In this document: piece by piece, positions 52,124 through 62,089 of the stretch | How positions within the stretch are numbered: position 1 is the first letter of the stretch | How the letters are laid out: the number at the start of each line of letters is the position of its first letter | Assembly (NCBI GenBank): GCA_018821245.1 | Contig: JAHJMO010000009.1 | Coordinates: 199-64,198 of the forward strand | Length of the DNA: 64,000 bases | DNA from: Patescibacteria group bacterium | GTDB taxonomy: Bacteria; Patescibacteriota; Microgenomatia; UBA10105; UBA927 | Reading direction: 5' to 3' | Program-made: the position numbers and the translations under genes | The notes under the pieces: generated by a model | Seen by the model: the letters and a program-made list of their open reading frames with translations, nothing else | Told to the model about the DNA's origin: nothing | Database searches by the model: none

Positions 52124-53278
52124 ATGCTTACAGTATTAAGAGATCTCAACGGATTGTTCATCACCAACCCAGTCAACATACGCTACCTTACCGGATTTGT
52201 TGGTGCGGCGACGGAGGAACGGGAAAGCTATCTGCTTATTACTTCTCATAAAGCGTATCTGTTTACGAATGGTTTATACCTTGAACAAGCTAAGAATCTC
52301 GAATTGTTAAATTGTTATATTGTTAAATTATTAAAAACAAAAAACCCGCTGGAGATCGTTGAGATTTCACGGGAGAATCCGATATCGAAGGAATTGGCCG
52401 AATTAACGAAGAAGCTCGGCATCAAAAAACTCGGGTTTGAATCTGCAGATCTCACTGTTGCCGAGTGCCAAAAACTCAAACAAACACTCAAAGGCGTTGC
52501 GCTTATTCCAACGAAAAACCGCATAGAGAAGCTGCGGATGATTAAAAGAGAGGATGAAGTTGACAATATCCGACAGGCAGCCAAAGTGACCGACGCATGC
52601 TTTGACTTCATTTTGCCGAGGCTAACCCCTGGGGTTGAGGAGGGAGAAATAGCATGGGAGATAGAAACCTTTCTTTCAAGGCCTGGCCTCGATAGGGTTG
52701 CTACAGCGGGACACACAGTTACCATGGCCTTCTCCCCTATCGTGGCATTTGGAAAAAATACCAGCCAACCGCACTATCTCACAAGGCCCGGCCTTAAAGA
52801 AGATCAAGGCCGGGCCTTAAGGCTAAACGATGTCGTCTTGCTCGATTTCGGAGCGCGCGTCAATGGGTACTGTGCCGACATGACGCGAGCTGTTTTCATC
52901 GGCGAACCGAAACAAGAGTGGATCCGTGCCTACGATACCGTTATGGAAGCACAAAAAAGTGCCTTTGAATATCTAGCTTCGTGCTCAAGGCCCGGCCTTG
53001 GAGCACAGGCTGACAGAATTGCCGCGTACGTGCTTCGGAAAGCCGGTTTCACTCCATACCCGCACGGTCTGGGGCACGGCATCGGACTGGACGTTCACGA
53101 AAATCCTCGCTTGAACATGAAGAAAAATGAACAGTTGTTACCAGGTATGGTATTTTCCGTCGAACCCGGCGTCTATATCCCAGGTAACTATGGCATTCGG
53201 ATCGAAGATTTGGTACTCTTGAAGCAATCGGGTATTGAAATACTGTCAAAAACAACAAAAAAAATGATAATCATATGA
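52124..53278 (+). CDS. pepP: Xaa-Pro aminopeptidase / M24 family peptidase
   Basis: PHY...DFGA...GYCADMTR...HGLGHGIGLDVHENP metal-ligand motifs; about 30 aa longer than typical, contains four AAGGCCNGGCCTT repeats. Confidence 0.85.
   Translation: MLTVLRDLNGLFITNPVNIRYLTGFVGAATEERESYLLITSHKAYLFTNGLYLEQAKNLELLNCYIVKLLKTKNPLEIVEISRENPISKELAELTKKLGIKKLGFESADLTVAECQKLKQTLKGVALIPTKNRIEKLRMIKREDEVDNIRQAAKVTDACFDFILPRLTPGVEEGEIAWEIETFLSRPGLDRVATAGHTVTMAFSPIVAFGKNTSQPHYLTRPGLKEDQGRALRLNDVVLLDFGARVNGYCADMTRAVFIGEPKQEWIRAYDTVMEAQKSAFEYLASCSRPGLGAQADRIAAYVLRKAGFTPYPHGLGHGIGLDVHENPRLNMKKNEQLLPGMVFSVEPGVYIPGNYGIRIEDLVLLKQSGIEILSKTTKKMIII
52676..52693. repeat. palindromic repeat copy 1 (TCAAGGCCTGGCCTCGAT), inside pepP, codes RPGL
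   Basis: 18-mer identical to the reverse complement of 61494-61512. Confidence 0.8.
52783..52795. repeat. palindromic repeat copy 2 (AAGGCCCGGCCTT), inside pepP, codes RPGL
   Basis: read directly. Confidence 0.8.
52805..52817. repeat. palindromic repeat copy 3 (AAGGCCGGGCCTT), inside pepP, different reading frame (codes GRAL)
   Basis: read directly; 10 nt after copy 2. Confidence 0.8.
52987..52999. repeat. palindromic repeat copy 4 (AAGGCCCGGCCTT), inside pepP, codes RPGL
   Basis: read directly. Confidence 0.8.
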
Positions 53279-54492
53279 ACACTGCATTACAAACGCTTAA
53301 AGGATTTCGGGATTTCTTGCCGAGAGAAGCAGTCAAACGGAAATGGCTGAGGGATAAGCTCGCGGTCATTTGTGAATCGTGGGGTTTCTCCCCGCTTGAG
53401 ACGCCAACCCTGGAGCCACTCGAGATATTCGTCGGCGCTATTGGTGAAGATGAAAAATTATTTTTCAAATTCAAAGATCAGGGAAACCGAGATGTAGCTC
53501 TTCGATATGATCAAACGGTGCCAACATGTCGGGTTGTAGCCCAATATCAAAACACTATCACATTCCCTTTCAAACGCTATCAAATCCAACCGACGTTCAG
53601 GGCGGAAAAACCCCAAAAAGGCAGATTCCGTGAATTTACTCAGGTTGATGCCGATATTTTCGGCATCAAAACGCCTGATGCTGACGCCGAGACAATAGCT
53701 CTCTCATTGGACATTTATAAACAACTGGGCTTCAAACGCGCTCTTGTTCGTATCAATACACGATCGCTATATAAAAACATGCCATACGAAGCAATCGTCT
53801 GCATAGATAAAATCAAAAAAATCGGAGATGATGGTGTGCTTAGTGAAATGGAATCCAGAGGAATCGAACCTACTAAAGCGAAAGAATATCTGTCTTACGT
53901 TAAAAATCTAAAACCTAATGAAGAGATCTCTTATATTCTAAAATATCTCAAAGACTACGGTTTTTCAAATGACTGGTATGAATTTGATCCGACAATCGCG
54001 CGATCTTTCTCCTACTCCATGGGTCCTATTTGGGAAGTAGAAATCCCGGATGCCGGCTATAACATGTCCGTACTCGGCGGCGAACGGTACGACGGATTGG
54101 TAGAAAAACTCGCCGGCCGTGATATCGGGGGCACTGGATTCGGTTTGGGATTTGACCGGACATTAGAGGCTGCCGAAATCATGAAATTAGTCCCAGTACT
54201 ATCTATTGCAGGACAAGTTCTTGTAACCGTTTTTTCTGAAGAATCACGTAGCCAATCACAACAACTTGCCGCTGTGCTTCGAAAAATGGGCATCACCGTT
54301 GACTTGTACCCGACAACAGACAAGCTTGATAAGCAATTAAAGTATGCCGACAAAAATGATATTCCCTATGTTGTAATCCAAGGGCCAGAAGAAGCGATAA
54401 ATTCTAGAGTGAAGCTCAAAGATATGCAGTCTGGGCAGCAGAAAGAAATGACAATACCGGAAGTAACAGCATTCTTGATAATAAACTCTTAA
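53275..54492 (+). CDS. hisS: histidyl-tRNA synthetase
   Basis: class II motifs, LKGFRDFLP N-terminus, C-terminal anticodon-binding domain. Confidence 0.9.
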   Translation: MNTALQTLKGFRDFLPREAVKRKWLRDKLAVICESWGFSPLETPTLEPLEIFVGAIGEDEKLFFKFKDQGNRDVALRYDQTVPTCRVVAQYQNTITFPFKRYQIQPTFRAEKPQKGRFREFTQVDADIFGIKTPDADAETIALSLDIYKQLGFKRALVRINTRSLYKNMPYEAIVCIDKIKKIGDDGVLSEMESRGIEPTKAKEYLSYVKNLKPNEEISYILKYLKDYGFSNDWYEFDPTIARSFSYSMGPIWEVEIPDAGYNMSVLGGERYDGLVEKLAGRDIGGTGFGLGFDRTLEAAEIMKLVPVLSIAGQVLVTVFSEESRSQSQQLAAVLRKMGITVDLYPTTDKLDKQLKYADKNDIPYVVIQGPEEAINSRVKLKDMQSGQQKEMTIPEVTAFLIINS

Positions 54493-54497
54493 TCCTC

Positions 54498-55520
54498 ATG
54501 AAATTCTCTACTGTCCAAAAAGCGTTTATCGCGCTTATCATTGCCAATATTATCTGGGGCGCTGCAGCACCGATTTTTAAATTAAGCCTCCAGAACATAC
54601 CCCCTTTTACTTTGGCTTTTTGGCGCTTTTTTCTGGGGTCGCTCCTTCTTCTTGTAATCTTCAGACAGAAACTCCGTATAAATATCGCTTCCCGACGCGA
54701 TTTTTTCCTCCTTTTGGGTTACGCGCTGTGCGGGATTACCGGCAACATTATTTTCTATTTTCTCGGTTTACGCCTGACATTTGCCATGAATGCGCCCGTT
54801 ATTGGCTCTGCGCAACCGATTATTACCCTCATTCTCGCCCTTGTGTTTCTAAGGGAGAAATTCGCCTGGAAAAAGTTTATCGGCATGATACTGGGGAGTA
54901 TGGGAGTTCTCGTTATTATCTTCGAGCCACTTTTGGAAAAAGGCGTGTACGGCTCGATACTGGGAAATGTCTTCCTAACGCTTGCCATGCTTCTGGCTGT
55001 CGCACAAACCATCTTTGGTAAATCCGCTCTTGATCGATATTCCCCACTGGCTTTTACCTTTTGGGCGTTCATTATAGGCGCTGCCAGCTTTACCCCCTTA
55101 GCATTCTATGAATACTTCAAGATTCCCCAGCTCTACCAGACACTCGACTGGCGGGGATTTGCCGGTATCGGATTTGGCGCAGTTTTCTCAAGCGCCGCGG
55201 CCTATACTCTATATGCTTGGGGGTTAAGTAAAATTACTGCCTCCGATACGTCCGTTTTTTCATACATCGATCCGGTTGTAGGCACGGTACTTGCATTCTT
55301 CCTCCTCAAAGAACCGATTACCCCGCCGTTTGTGGTAGGAAGCTTTCTCATATTCGGTGGAATTTTTCTGGCCGAAGGCCGTCTCCACTACCACCCGATC
55401 CGCCGACTCATCATGTGGGAAAAACCGATACGCTACGACAAACCTGAAGCATTACCAACTTCCGATGACGACAAACCACCCAATCGGAAACGGATTCTCA
55501 CTTCAATTTTTCAAAAATGA
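54498..55520 (+). CDS. EamA/DMT-family transporter
   Basis: 10 TM, duplicated EamA halves. Confidence 0.7.
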   Translation: MKFSTVQKAFIALIIANIIWGAAAPIFKLSLQNIPPFTLAFWRFFLGSLLLLVIFRQKLRINIASRRDFFLLLGYALCGITGNIIFYFLGLRLTFAMNAPVIGSAQPIITLILALVFLREKFAWKKFIGMILGSMGVLVIIFEPLLEKGVYGSILGNVFLTLAMLLAVAQTIFGKSALDRYSPLAFTFWAFIIGAASFTPLAFYEYFKIPQLYQTLDWRGFAGIGFGAVFSSAAAYTLYAWGLSKITASDTSVFSYIDPVVGTVLAFFLLKEPITPPFVVGSFLIFGGIFLAEGRLHYHPIRRLIMWEKPIRYDKPEALPTSDDDKPPNRKRILTSIFQK

Positions 55521-55578
55521 CCAAGCAGGAAACACGAGCCTGGAAAGTTACGACTTCTTTGTGATACAATAACACGTT

Positions 55579-55887
55579 ATGAAGCAAGATATTCATCCAA
55601 AATGGTATCCCAAAGCTACGGTAACGTGCGCGTGCGGTAACAGCTTTAGCGTTGGCGCGACGAAGGAGAAAATACAGGTAGATATCTGCGCCAAATGCCA
55701 CCCGTTCTTTACCGGTGAAATGAAATACGTGGACACCCTGGGACGCGTAGAACGCTTCCAAAAGAAACAAAAAGTAGCGCAGGCGAAGGCTGTGGTGCTT
55801 GCCGAGAAGAAAAAGAAAAATGTAGAACGCGAGCGGCAGATCCGGGAACAGAAATCCCTCAAGGATATGCTGATGGGATTAAAATAG
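55579..55887 (+). CDS. rpmE: 50S ribosomal protein L31 (type A, Zn-ribbon)
   Basis: [15 protein letters not shown]....[10 protein letters not shown]. Confidence 0.85.
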   Translation: MKQDIHPKWYPKATVTCACGNSFSVGATKEKIQVDICAKCHPFFTGEMKYVDTLGRVERFQKKQKVAQAKAVVLAEKKKKNVERERQIREQKSLKDMLMGLK

Positions 55888-55890
55888 TAG

Positions 55891-55940
55891 CTTAGATTAT
55901 CTAATAACTAAGCTACCAAGCTTCTAAGCTTCTTTTTATA
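55891..55940 (+). terminator. putative intrinsic terminator region (TAGCTTAG-N12-CTAAGCTA hairpin, AAGCTT CT AAGCTT, then TTTTT)
   Basis: read directly after the rpmE stop. Confidence 0.35.
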
Positions 55941-55941
55941 T

Positions 55942-56643
55942 ATGAATCAAGATATCGCGATTTTAGAGTTTAGAGCGGGACCCGGCGGAAAAGAAGCCAA
56001 ACTATGGGCGTCCGATCTCATGCGGATGTACACACGCTACGCCAACATCCTTGGCTGGAAAGTAGAACAGCTGGACAGCGCCGTCATTCGTATTCGGGGG
56101 TCGCTTGCATTTACCAAACTGCAATATGAAGCCGGAACCCACCGCGTGCAGCGAGTTCCCAAAACGGAGCGCCAGGGGCGCATCCATACCTCGACGGCTA
56201 CCGTCGCTGTACTACCGGAAATTCCGGAAACAGAAATCTATATCAAACCTGATGAATTAGAATGGGATTTTTTTCGATCTGGAGGGAAAGGCGGTCAAAA
56301 CGTCAACAAAGTCAGTTCTGCTGTTAGACTTCACCATAAACCGTCCGGACTTGTAGTTCAATGTCAGACAGAGCGTGACCAATTTCAAAATCGCCAGGTA
56401 GCACTCTCACTTCTTCGTGCAAGACTATGGGAGAAACAACTTATGGAGCAAGAACTTGCCCTGAGCGATAGTCGAAGGGTCATCGGCCGCGGAATGCGCG
56501 CTGAAAAAATCAGGACCTATAATTATCCACAAAACCGCGTCACTGACCACAGGATCAACAAATCATGGCATAATCTGGAAGACATTATTGACGGAAAGCT
56601 CCAAAAAATAACCGAGGCACTTCTTGCCATATCGCAGGTATAA
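55942..56643 (+). CDS. prfA: class-I peptide chain release factor, RF1-like, lacking N-terminal domain 1
   Basis: EFRAGPGGKEA..., PKT tripeptide at the PxT position (PKTERQGRIHTST), SGGKGGQNVN GGQ motif; only 233 aa and no room upstream for domain 1. Confidence 0.7.
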   Translation: MNQDIAILEFRAGPGGKEAKLWASDLMRMYTRYANILGWKVEQLDSAVIRIRGSLAFTKLQYEAGTHRVQRVPKTERQGRIHTSTATVAVLPEIPETEIYIKPDELEWDFFRSGGKGGQNVNKVSSAVRLHHKPSGLVVQCQTERDQFQNRQVALSLLRARLWEKQLMEQELALSDSRRVIGRGMRAEKIRTYNYPQNRVTDHRINKSWHNLEDIIDGKLQKITEALLAISQV

Positions 56644-56659
56644 ATTTTTAATTATCAAA

Positions 56660-57826
56660 TTATTCCTGATTTCCCAGTGTTACTTTCAGAGTGGATTCTG
56701 TCCCGTCACGCCAAATAGATAATGTGATACTGTCCCCTACTTTCTTTTTCGCAATTATTTTTGCCAGTTCGGCGTTTACCCCGGATAAACGCACGTCATC
56801 TATTTTGGTAATGATGTCTCCATCTTTCAAATCGGCGCGCTCGACCGGACTACCGCTGACGACTTCTACGATATACGCTCCTTCGGGCAGATCATTGAGG
56901 ACCGCTAAATCTTTAGAAATAGTCTTATAGCGCACACCCAAATATGGCCGGTTGAATTGGCCGGTAGCGTTAAAATTGGATAGCGCGTCTTTGACGACGT
57001 TTATAGGTATCGCGAACCCTATGTTTTGTCCCTCGCCTGAAACAGCAGTATTAATACCGATTACCTGCCCGCTGCTGTTGAGTAATGGCCCCCCTGAATT
57101 GCCGGGGTTAATCGCCGCATCCGTCTGGATAACGTTATCAAGCCGTTCTACGTATGCCTCGTATGGACTGCCTGCTTCGATCCCACGCCCGACTCCGGAA
57201 ATCACGCCCGTAGTTACCGTAGAACGGAATTCTCCCAATGCCGTTCCTATGGCGATAGCCAGCTGGCCGACCTTAATCTTGGATGAGTCACCCAATTCCA
57301 CAACCGGAAGATTGCTTGCGTTAATTTTCATGATGGCTAAATCGTTGGTCGGATCGCGGTAGATTTTTACTGCATCATACACTTTATCATCTTTGGTAAT
57401 AACTCTGTATGTAGCTTGGGTGTCCGCGATGACATGCTTATTGGTAACAATGAGCCCGTCTTTTTCTACGATAAATCCGCTCCCTATATCCTGCTCGATT
57501 TTTTGGGTCTTTCCCGGACGCCTTTGGAAAGGGCTAAACATATTAAAAGGATCGAATTCAAAGATGTCGCCTACACTGCGGGTCTTGGATATCCCTATAG
57601 TTACAACCGATGGAGAAGCTTTCTCGACCACATTGATAATCACCGATTCTTCCGTAGTTACTTTAATTGTCTCGCCAGATGGAAGTGAGGTTTGGGGAGT
57701 GGAAATTTTGGGAATTTTAATTAAGCGATCAAGGGTTTTCCAGTTAATACCAAAGAATCCGGAGCTAACTATACCACCAACCAATAAAATAATTAATGCA
57801 GTTGTAAGAAAAATTCTATTTTTCAT
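56660..57826 (-). CDS. htrA: HtrA/DegP-family serine protease with PDZ domain
   Basis: catalytic-triad regions TNKHVI / DLAIMK / GNSGGPL, C-terminal PDZ. Confidence 0.85.
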   Translation of the reverse strand: MKNRIFLTTALIILLVGGIVSSGFFGINWKTLDRLIKIPKISTPQTSLPSGETIKVTTEESVIINVVEKASPSVVTIGISKTRSVGDIFEFDPFNMFSPFQRRPGKTQKIEQDIGSGFIVEKDGLIVTNKHVIADTQATYRVITKDDKVYDAVKIYRDPTNDLAIMKINASNLPVVELGDSSKIKVGQLAIAIGTALGEFRSTVTTGVISGVGRGIEAGSPYEAYVERLDNVIQTDAAINPGNSGGPLLNSSGQVIGINTAVSGEGQNIGFAIPINVVKDALSNFNATGQFNRPYLGVRYKTISKDLAVLNDLPEGAYIVEVVSGSPVERADLKDGDIITKIDDVRLSGVNAELAKIIAKKKVGDSITLSIWRDGTESTLKVTLGNQE

Positions 57827-57831
57827 AAAAA

Positions 57832-59148
57832 TTATTTTAGTAGAATTTCTATCGCTTTGGCAAGTTGGGCGTCATTACTCGCCGTAACGGTTTCTTCCAG
57901 TTTAACTTCGATATCCGGCTTCACTCCCGTCTTATGTATAGAATCACCGTTGGGCAAAAGCCATTTCCCAGTCGTAATATGAAGCCCTGCGCCCCCCGAC
58001 AAATCATACGGAGTCTGGACCGATCCCTTTCCGAAAGTCGTTTCTCCTATGAGTTTGGCTCTTTTACGGTCCCGCAGGGCTCCTGCGGCAATTTCCGCGG
58101 CAGACGCGCTCCCTTTGTTGACAAGAACAACAAGGGGAATATCCAAAAGCTTCCCTTTCCTGTCTACCGGATAATCCTGCTTCGTGCCGTCGCTGTTAAC
58201 TTGAGAAACGACGATACCCTGACCTAAAAATTCGCTGGCGATAAAAACCGCCCCGTCCAAATATCCTCCCGGATTATTGCGAAGATCAAAAATAAGCCCC
58301 CTTAAGGACCCGTTCATCTTTTGAGCAACTACAATAGCATCTACCGCTTTGTCCCATTCATCATTCGTGTGATCACCAAACCTCGACAGTTGAATATATG
58401 CCACGCGTCCGGGCTCTTTTCTAAATCTTTCTGATCCCGCCAAAGCGGATATTTCCGGAATTTCTCCCGGTGTTTTCACCCATGACTCCACTGAAGGGAT
58501 ATTAATAACATCGCGTTTCAGAGAAATATCAATCGGCTTTTGGTCGCTTTCATGAAGAATAGTAAGGGTCACGGTACTGCCGCGTGGCCCTCGGATTTTG
58601 GAAACAGCTTCCGGTACTGTCCAACCTACAGTCTCCTCTCCATCTACTTTCAGTATAAAATCGCCCGCTCTGATTCCGGCTTTCTCCGCAGGCATACCGT
58701 GAAGCGGCGCTATAACAATAATTCGACCGTCTTTTAACCCGAGCTGCGCGCCTATCCCTTCAAATGATCCGCCGAGATCATCTTTAAAGTCCTTATTGTC
58801 TTTCGGGGTCAAAAAAGCAGTATAAGGATCATCCAGCGCCGATACCATACCGGTTATCGCTCCATATACCATCTTTTGCGCATCTAAAGCTACCGGTTCA
58901 ATATAGTAGCGATGAAGCTTAGTCCATACGTCCCAAAACAGGGAAAAGTCAGCAGTGACCGTCGGAGGCGCTTCCTCGTGTACAACAATCGCGTTATTCT
59001 GATCAAGCGCCACACGTACGCGCCGTTCTCCAAGCCTGTACCCGATACCTCCTGACAAAATCAACAGCGCGAAGATGACAACGAGGAAACGGATTTTAGA
59101 AAATGCGAAAGATTTCATAAAAACATGCGCCGAAGGGAACTTTTTCTG
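57832..59148 (-). CDS. ctpA: carboxyl-terminal processing protease (S41)
   Basis: GLIFDLRNNPGGYL, PDZ domain; start at MKSFAFSK (59148) to avoid overlap with rpsR. Confidence 0.8.
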   Translation of the reverse strand, partial: QKKFPSAHVFMKSFAFSKIRFLVVIFALLILSGGIGYRLGERRVRVALDQNNAIVVHEEAPPTVTADFSLFWDVWTKLHRYYIEPVALDAQKMVYGAITGMVSALDDPYTAFLTPKDNKDFKDDLGGSFEGIGAQLGLKDGRIIVIAPLHGMPAEKAGIRAGDFILKVDGEETVGWTVPEAVSKIRGPRGSTVTLTILHESDQKPIDISLKRDVINIPSVESWVKTPGEIPEISALAGSERFRKEPGRVAYIQLSRFGDHTNDEWDKAVDAIVVAQKMNGSLRGLIFDLRNNPGGYLDGAVFIASEFLGQGIVVSQVNSDGTKQDYPVDRKGKLLDIPLVVLVNKGSASAAEIAAGALRDRKRAKLIGETTFGKGSVQTPYDLSGGAGLHITTGKWLLPNGDSIHKTGVKPDIEVKLEETVTASNDAQLAKAIEILLK

Positions 59149-59149
59149 A

Positions 59150-59392
59150 TCACGCCCGTATGACAAACGGCAACAGAGCAACGTGTCGTGCGTGTTTAAC
59201 CGAGCGGGCCAACCGACGCTGATGCTTACAGCACATTCCGGTTCTCCCCCGTCCCAGAAGCTTCCCTCGTTCCGTGACATATTTCTGTAAAATCCCAACA
59301 TCCTTATAATCCGGCTCACTTTTGGTGTTGCAGAAAAGGCAATTTCTTGGAACCGGACGGATGAGTTTTTGTCTTTTCTTTGAGTTCATCAT
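59150..59392 (-). CDS. rpsR: 30S ribosomal protein S18
   Basis: [56 protein letters not shown]. Confidence 0.85.
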   Translation of the reverse strand: MMNSKKRQKLIRPVPRNCLFCNTKSEPDYKDVGILQKYVTERGKLLGRGRTGMCCKHQRRLARSVKHARHVALLPFVIRA

Positions 59393-59397
59393 AACTA

Positions 59398-59949
59398 TTA
59401 AAACGGTATATCATCCGGATTTACATCTTCAGACGGTGCTTCCTTGGGAGTATCAGGTGATGCGCCCTCTTCTTCTTTTGCATCTTCATCGCTTTTTTTT
59501 GTCTTTTTCGGACTCGTGTCGTCTGCCTGCTTCTGCTGTGTAACAACAGGGGCTTGACCGGAACCAGAGCCTTCACCGGCTGCATTATCTTCTCCTCCAG
59601 CACTTACCGGACGGCGGGAATCCAAAAGTATCATGTCTTCGATGACTACTTCCGTGGAGCTGCGTTGTGTGCCATCCGCCTGCTGCCAGGCATTTGTGCG
59701 CAGGCGCCCTTCCACATAAATCTTGCGACCCTTTGCCAACAGCTGACTGCATAATTCCGCCAGCTTGTTCCACGAGACAATTCGGTGAAATTCCGTTTCC
59801 TCTTTCTTTTCTCCTGATTCCGTGGTCCAGTAACGATTGGTCGCCAGTCCGATTGTGCATACCGCAGCACCCGACGGCGTGTACCGAAGCTCCGGATCAC
59901 GCGTAAGATTACCGATAAGCTGTACTTTATTCAAACTTCGTGAAGCCAT
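59398..59949 (-). CDS. ssb: single-stranded DNA-binding protein
   Basis: OB-fold N-terminus, acidic tail ending DDIPF. Confidence 0.9.
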   Translation of the reverse strand: MASRSLNKVQLIGNLTRDPELRYTPSGAAVCTIGLATNRYWTTESGEKKEETEFHRIVSWNKLAELCSQLLAKGRKIYVEGRLRTNAWQQADGTQRSSTEVVIEDMILLDSRRPVSAGGEDNAAGEGSGSGQAPVVTQQKQADDTSPKKTKKSDEDAKEEEGASPDTPKEAPSEDVNPDDIPF

Positions 59950-59985
59950 AATTTACATAAATTCTACATCCTAAGCGCAAATTGT

Positions 59986-60315
59986 TTAGTTTTTGTGCTT
60001 AGTGTTAGAATTCCCTCCCTCCTTTTTTATCACTATATACCGAAGAATTTCGTCGTTTACTCTGGTGAGCTTCTCCAGTGCTGCCACGTGAAGCGTCTCT
60101 GCCTCTAGTGTACAAACAACATATACTGCTTCTGTGGTTTTTTTGATAGGGTATGCTAATGGCTTTTTTCCTAAAATATTCACGTCCCTGACGGTAACCC
60201 CATCCGCCGGAATAATTTTTTTCAATAGTTGTTCGTATGTTTTTACCTCGTCAGCATCATTACCCGAACGCACAACCAGCATTAGTTCATACAGCCTCAT
60301 AATGCCTTTGATCAT
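59986..60315 (-). CDS. rpsF: 30S ribosomal protein S6
   Basis: MRLYELMLVV...LAYPIKK S6 pattern; operon rpsF-ssb-rpsR. Confidence 0.8.
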   Translation of the reverse strand: MIKGIMRLYELMLVVRSGNDADEVKTYEQLLKKIIPADGVTVRDVNILGKKPLAYPIKKTTEAVYVVCTLEAETLHVAALEKLTRVNDEILRYIVIKKEGGNSNTKHKN

Positions 60316-60356
60316 ACCATGTCAAACACCCGCTAGCAAGAGAGAAGCAGGGGACT

Positions 60357-61442
60357 TTATGTACCAATTTTAAACTCTATAACGTCCCCGTCTTGTATTT
60401 GATACCCCCTGCCTTCGCTTCGCACTTCTCCCTCTTCCCGGCATTTCTGCCAACCCATAAGAGAAACGAAATCGGAAAAGTCAACCACATCGGCTTTGAT
60501 AAACTTTTTTTCAAAATCCGTATGAATTACACCTGCGGCTTGCAATGCTTGTACTCCGCGCTCAACGGTCCAAGCCCGCACTTCCTTGACCCTTGCTGTA
60601 AGAAAAGAAATAAGTCCGAGCATCTCATACGCCTTCTGGATCATACGATCCAGTGCGGCTACTGACAGCCCTAATTCCTGTAAATATTCCTTTTGTTCAT
60701 TTTCCGGGAGACTTGCCAGTTCAAATTCTGTTTTGGCGCACACCGTAATGGCGGGCTGTAATTGTTCTATTGTTACATTGTTATTTCCCTGTTCAGTCAT
60801 CTGGAGTTCGGAGACGTTTGCGACATAAAGTACTGGTTTCATGGTTAATAGGTTTAATTCGCGCAGGAGTTTGCGCTCGTCGGGGTCGGTGATGATGGCG
60901 CTGGCGGGGTTGCCAGCGTTCAATCCTTCCTTTAGCTTCCTAATGACTTCCCATCCGGCTCTCTCCTCTTTGGTCGTGTTCATCTTGGGCTCAATTTGCT
61001 TATTGATGGTCTGGAGATCAGCAAGGATGAGTTCCGTCTCAATGATTTCCTTATCGCGCAACACATCAACTTCGCCTGCGACATGGACGACCGATGGGTC
61101 TTCGAAGAACCGAAGCACGTTGACGATAAGGTGTACTTCGCGAATGTGGGAAAGAAACTTATTTCCCAGCCCTTCTCCCTGTGAGGCGCCTTTGACAAGA
61201 CCCGCTATGTCGACAAATTCAACAACTGCAGGAACTATCGGAGGCTTTGTGCCTTCGGTCGCTTCCACAACTTTCGCAAGATCCTCAAGCCGTGCGTCCG
61301 GCACGGGAACCACGCCGATATTGGGCTCAATCGTACAAAACGGATACGGAGCAACATCCGCAACCTGCTTTTTCAAAAGCGCATTAAATAAAGTAGATTT
61401 ACCAGCGTTGGGTAGGCCAATAATTCCAACTTTGAGATTCAT
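60357..61442 (-). CDS. ychF: ribosome-binding ATPase YchF (Obg-like)
   Basis: GIIGLPNAGKSTLFNAL G1, TGS C-terminal domain. Confidence 0.9.
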   Translation of the reverse strand: MNLKVGIIGLPNAGKSTLFNALLKKQVADVAPYPFCTIEPNIGVVPVPDARLEDLAKVVEATEGTKPPIVPAVVEFVDIAGLVKGASQGEGLGNKFLSHIREVHLIVNVLRFFEDPSVVHVAGEVDVLRDKEIIETELILADLQTINKQIEPKMNTTKEERAGWEVIRKLKEGLNAGNPASAIITDPDERKLLRELNLLTMKPVLYVANVSELQMTEQGNNNVTIEQLQPAITVCAKTEFELASLPENEQKEYLQELGLSVAALDRMIQKAYEMLGLISFLTARVKEVRAWTVERGVQALQAAGVIHTDFEKKFIKADVVDFSDFVSLMGWQKCREEGEVRSEGRGYQIQDGDVIEFKIGT

Positions 61443-61493
61443 GAGGCTAATTATATCAGAGAAATTTCTGTTTTGTAAGGAAAGACTGGGAAA

Positions 61494-61512
61494 ATCGAGG
61501 CCAGGCCTTGAT
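61494..61512. repeat. palindromic repeat copy 5 (ATCGAGGCCAGGCCTTGAT), intergenic between ychF and thpR
   Basis: reverse complement equals the pepP copy 1 18-mer. Confidence 0.8.
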
Positions 61513-61543
61513 TTTCGTGCTGTACTGGTACAATACTATAGAC

Positions 61544-62074
61544 ATGAAACAACGCATTTTTCTGGCGACTACGTTACCGGGTACGTTGAAACGGTCAATT
61601 GCCCGGTGGCAGCAAAACCATCGTGATTTACCGGTACGATTTATTGCGCCCAAAAACCTCCACCTCACTTTAGTCCCGCCATGGTATGGCAACGCAAAAA
61701 AAGTGATGAAGCTATTGAAAACGTACATACCGGCAGCGAAACCTTTCCTTGTGAAATTCAATCGTATAGTCCCCGGTCCTACGCTTACTCGCCCACGGCT
61801 CATCTGGATAGAAGGAAAAGCAAGCAAACAAGCGGGGATGTTGAAAAAAGAACTGGAACAATTACTGAAAGTAAAAGCAGAAAAGCGGGCATTTGTACCC
61901 CACATTACTATTGCCCGAACAAAACCAAAGGATAAAAACTCTTTATGCGGGGGCTGTATAGCTGAACCGGTTAGTTGGTCAATTCAGATCGCGTCTTTTT
62001 CTCTTCTGGCGTCGCACCTCTCGCCAAAGGGAGCTAGCTATGAAGTATTGGCCACCTTCCCGTTTGTCGTTTGA
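61544..62074 (+). CDS. thpR: RNA 2',3'-cyclic phosphodiesterase (2H family, ThpR/LigT-like)
   Basis: two H-x-T-x motifs: NLHLTLVP and PHITIART. Confidence 0.65.
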   Translation: MKQRIFLATTLPGTLKRSIARWQQNHRDLPVRFIAPKNLHLTLVPPWYGNAKKVMKLLKTYIPAAKPFLVKFNRIVPGPTLTRPRLIWIEGKASKQAGMLKKELEQLLKVKAEKRAFVPHITIARTKPKDKNSLCGGCIAEPVSWSIQIASFSLLASHLSPKGASYEVLATFPFVV

Positions 62075-62089
62075 GAAACTGTGCAATTT

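Noticed and set aside
53851-53880. GGAATCGAACC, resembling a minus-strand tRNA T-arm
   Set aside because: The flanking bases cannot form the T-stem or acceptor stem, and it lies within the well-supported hisS CDS (encodes RGIEPTK).
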